Shown here piece by piece: positions 61,836 through 64,000 of a stretch of DNA of 64,000 nt. The stretch is from an uncultured Candidatus Binatia bacterium (GTDB taxonomy: Bacteria > Desulfobacterota > Binatia > UBA9968 > JAJDTQ01), in contig OZ243916.1 in the NCBI GenBank assembly GCA_965213675.1, positions 3,872,001-3,936,000 of the forward strand, given 5' to 3'. The position numbers and the translations under genes were made by a program. Each line of letters begins with the position of its first letter. Position 1 is the stretch's first letter. The notes under the pieces are model-generated. The model had not been told where the DNA came from. It saw only the letters and a list, made by a program, of their open reading frames with translations, and searched no databases.

Positions 61836-63997
61836 ACTTCGCCGGACTCGGACGATACCTTGCGGCCCGGCGCATCGGTCTCGGTGTCAAGATGTACACC
61901 GTTTTCGGCATCGGCGTATTACTGATGCTGACGGCCAGCACCGTTGCCTTGGTGTCGTTCGGCATCGTCAGCCGGTCGCAGCGCAACATTGCCGAAAACA
62001 GCTTCCCCAGCCTGGTGGCGGCGATGCGGGCGGCGCGGCAGAGCTCGGCGCTTGTGGACGCGGCGTCTCGCCTCGCTTCGGTGACGTCCGACGCGGAACT
62101 TCATGACGTCAAGTTGGCTATCCTCGAAGACAAGGAACAGCTTGACGACCTGATCGAAGAGTTGCGGGTGCTGGGGTCGTTTCGGAACCAGGATCGCGTG
62201 CAACAACTGCGCTCGCTTTCCGACGCCCTGGGCAAGACGTTGGACAAGGTCGAGCAGTCGTCGTCGCAAAGGAGGCAACTTCAGGGGCGCTTGAGTGAAC
62301 GCGCGGCGACGGTTCCGTCCATGGCCCGTCAGATCGATCATGTCCTGGTACCCGCCATCGACGATCAGCAGTTTTTTCTGGCCACCGGCTTGCGCGAACG
62401 CCAGGGTCAACCCGTGTCCATGGAGGAGCGCACGTCCTATGCCCAACTCGTGCGTTATCGGGACCTGTTGACGTTGCACACACAGGCCAATCTGGCCGTG
62501 AGACTGCTTGCGGAGGCCGCGGTGTTGGATGACCGGGCGTTGATACAGCCGCTTCGAGAGCGCTACACCGCCGCTCTCGGTTCCTTCGAACGCGCGTTTC
62601 GCTCCTCCGGGTCCCGCGCTTCTGCGGCGTCTTCGCTCGACACGGAGTTCGCGCGGCTCAAGTCGCTGGGGCAGGGCGCCGACGGGATATTCGGCCTCCG
62701 GGAAGCCATACTGAGACAGGGCGAGACCGAGGCCCGCTACATAGAGGATAACCGGATCACCGCGGCGAGGCTGCTGGCCACCATGGACCTGGTGGTGGCG
62801 GCCGCGGACCGACAGGCCGGCGAAGCCAGAGAGGCCTCCGCGGCGGCCGTGAACACCGGCATGACCGTGTTGGTGGTACTCAGCGTGTTGATGGTCATCG
62901 GGGCCATCATGCTCGGGTGGATGTTCGTCGGCCGCCATCTGATCCGGCGCTTGACCGGATTGGCCGCGTCCATGCGTTCCATGGCCGAGGGCAACCTCGA
63001 AGTTCCGGTCCAGATCGGGAGCAACGATGAGGTGGCCGACATGGCGGAAGCGCTGGAGGTGTTCCGGCGGCATGCCCTGGAAGTGCAGCGGCTCAATCTC
63101 GTGGAGAGTCTCGCGGATGAGTTGAAGGGAAAGAACGTGCAGTTGGAGCAGACGCTTCAGGACTTGAAAACGGCACAGCACCAGGTGGTCATGCAGGAGA
63201 AGCTTGCCTCCCTGGGCCAGCTTACCGCCGGCATTGCGCACGAGATCAAGAATCCGCTCAATTTCGTCAACAACTTCTCGGAAGTATCCGGCGAGCTCAT
63301 CGAGGAGGTGCGGGAGGTGTTGGGCGAGATCCGTGAGCAAATGCCCGAGGAGGCGCGCGACGAGGTCGAGGGAATCCTGGACGACCTGACCACCAATCTC
63401 CAGAAGATCAATCAGCACGGCAAGCGCGCCGACGGCATCGTGCGCAGCATGCTGGACCACTCGCGCGCCCAGTCCGGCGAGCGCCGCGCGGTGGATCTCA
63501 ACGCGCTGCTCAAGCAGTACGCCGATCTCGCCTATCACGCCATGCGCGCCAAGGACCAGCGTTTCAACGTCACTTGGGAAGAGGACCTGGATACCGGGAT
63601 CGGCGAGGTGGAGGTGGTGCCCCAGGATCTGAGCCGCGTCTTCCTCAACCTCGTCACCAATGCGTGTCAGGCGACTTTCGAGCGCGCCAAGATGCAAAGT
63701 CAGTACGAGCCGCACATCCGGTTGTCGAGCAAGCGCCAGGACGGCCGGGTCGAGTTTCGCATCCGCGACAACGGACCCGGCATTCCACGGGATATGATCA
63801 CAAAGATCTTCGAGCCCTTCGTCACCACCAAGCCCACGGGAGAGGGCACGGGACTGGGTCTGTCCCTGTCCCAGGACATCGTGTCCCAGCACGGCGGCAG
63901 GATGGGTGTCGAGTCGGAGCCGGGGGCCTTTACCGAGTTCTGGATCGACATTCCCTCGGCGGCCCCGGTCGCCATCGCCGGCGCGCAGTCTGGCTGA
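61832..63997 (+). CDS. Membrane sensor histidine kinase (TorS-like periplasmic domain, HAMP, HisKA, HATPase)
   Basis: Two TM segments, DEVADMA, AGIAHEIKNPL, DNGPG and GTGLGL motifs. Confidence 0.92.
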   Translation: MNFAGLGRYLAARRIGLGVKMYTVFGIGVLLMLTASTVALVSFGIVSRSQRNIAENSFPSLVAAMRAARQSSALVDAASRLASVTSDAELHDVKLAILEDKEQLDDLIEELRVLGSFRNQDRVQQLRSLSDALGKTLDKVEQSSSQRRQLQGRLSERAATVPSMARQIDHVLVPAIDDQQFFLATGLRERQGQPVSMEERTSYAQLVRYRDLLTLHTQANLAVRLLAEAAVLDDRALIQPLRERYTAALGSFERAFRSSGSRASAASSLDTEFARLKSLGQGADGIFGLREAILRQGETEARYIEDNRITAARLLATMDLVVAAADRQAGEAREASAAAVNTGMTVLVVLSVLMVIGAIMLGWMFVGRHLIRRLTGLAASMRSMAEGNLEVPVQIGSNDEVADMAEALEVFRRHALEVQRLNLVESLADELKGKNVQLEQTLQDLKTAQHQVVMQEKLASLGQLTAGIAHEIKNPLNFVNNFSEVSGELIEEVREVLGEIREQMPEEARDEVEGILDDLTTNLQKINQHGKRADGIVRSMLDHSRAQSGERRAVDLNALLKQYADLAYHAMRAKDQRFNVTWEEDLDTGIGEVEVVPQDLSRVFLNLVTNACQATFERAKMQSQYEPHIRLSSKRQDGRVEFRIRDNGPGIPRDMITKIFEPFVTTKPTGEGTGLGLSLSQDIVSQHGGRMGVESEPGAFTEFWIDIPSAAPVAIAGAQSG

Positions 63998-64000
63998 TCA

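Overview
High-GC bacterial window. Gene content and repeats suggest a Binatia/Deltaproteobacteria-like genome (inference only). The core blocks are two amidases with other catabolic hydrolases, zwf, rpmE-prfA-prmC-murA-hisDBHAF (no hisG or hisI in the block), trxB, moaC, radC, a flavoprotein/molybdoenzyme/cyclodeaminase trio, three tandem MFS genes, a tandem-domain thyX, tkt-tal-rpe, and an Rsb-type partner-switch module followed by a binding protein and a sensor kinase. Intergenic spaces carry many MITEs and REP-like palindromes. Three accessory regions stand out. (1) At ~20.7-25.8 kb is a decayed defence island (AbiE toxin-antitoxin pair, frameshifted IS5, ATPase fragment, KwaA-like and integrase remnants) bounded by a 17-bp direct repeat that lies inside a REP. 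(2) At ~46.3-51 kb are an integrase pseudogene and hicBA with an amber-interrupted hicA. (3) The most interesting is ~33.5-39.2 kb: three paralogous minus-strand cassettes, each with a conserved upstream element and a precursor-like gene (acidic W-x-x-D-P-x-H-E-x-L-D-L-E-V-x-G leader, then a strictly alternating (Gly-Cys)n(Ser-Cys)m-Asp tract, then a variable C-terminus). Each is followed by a different partner gene: a Sel1-repeat protein, a secreted S9 peptidase, or a 4-TM membrane protein. One copy is intact (14 Cys plus a bacteriocin-like tail), one is missing from the ORF track, and one is broken by a MITE and has a TGA at a Cys position. No modifying enzyme is in the window, so a RiPP, metal-binding or polymorphic-toxin role remains a hypothesis.
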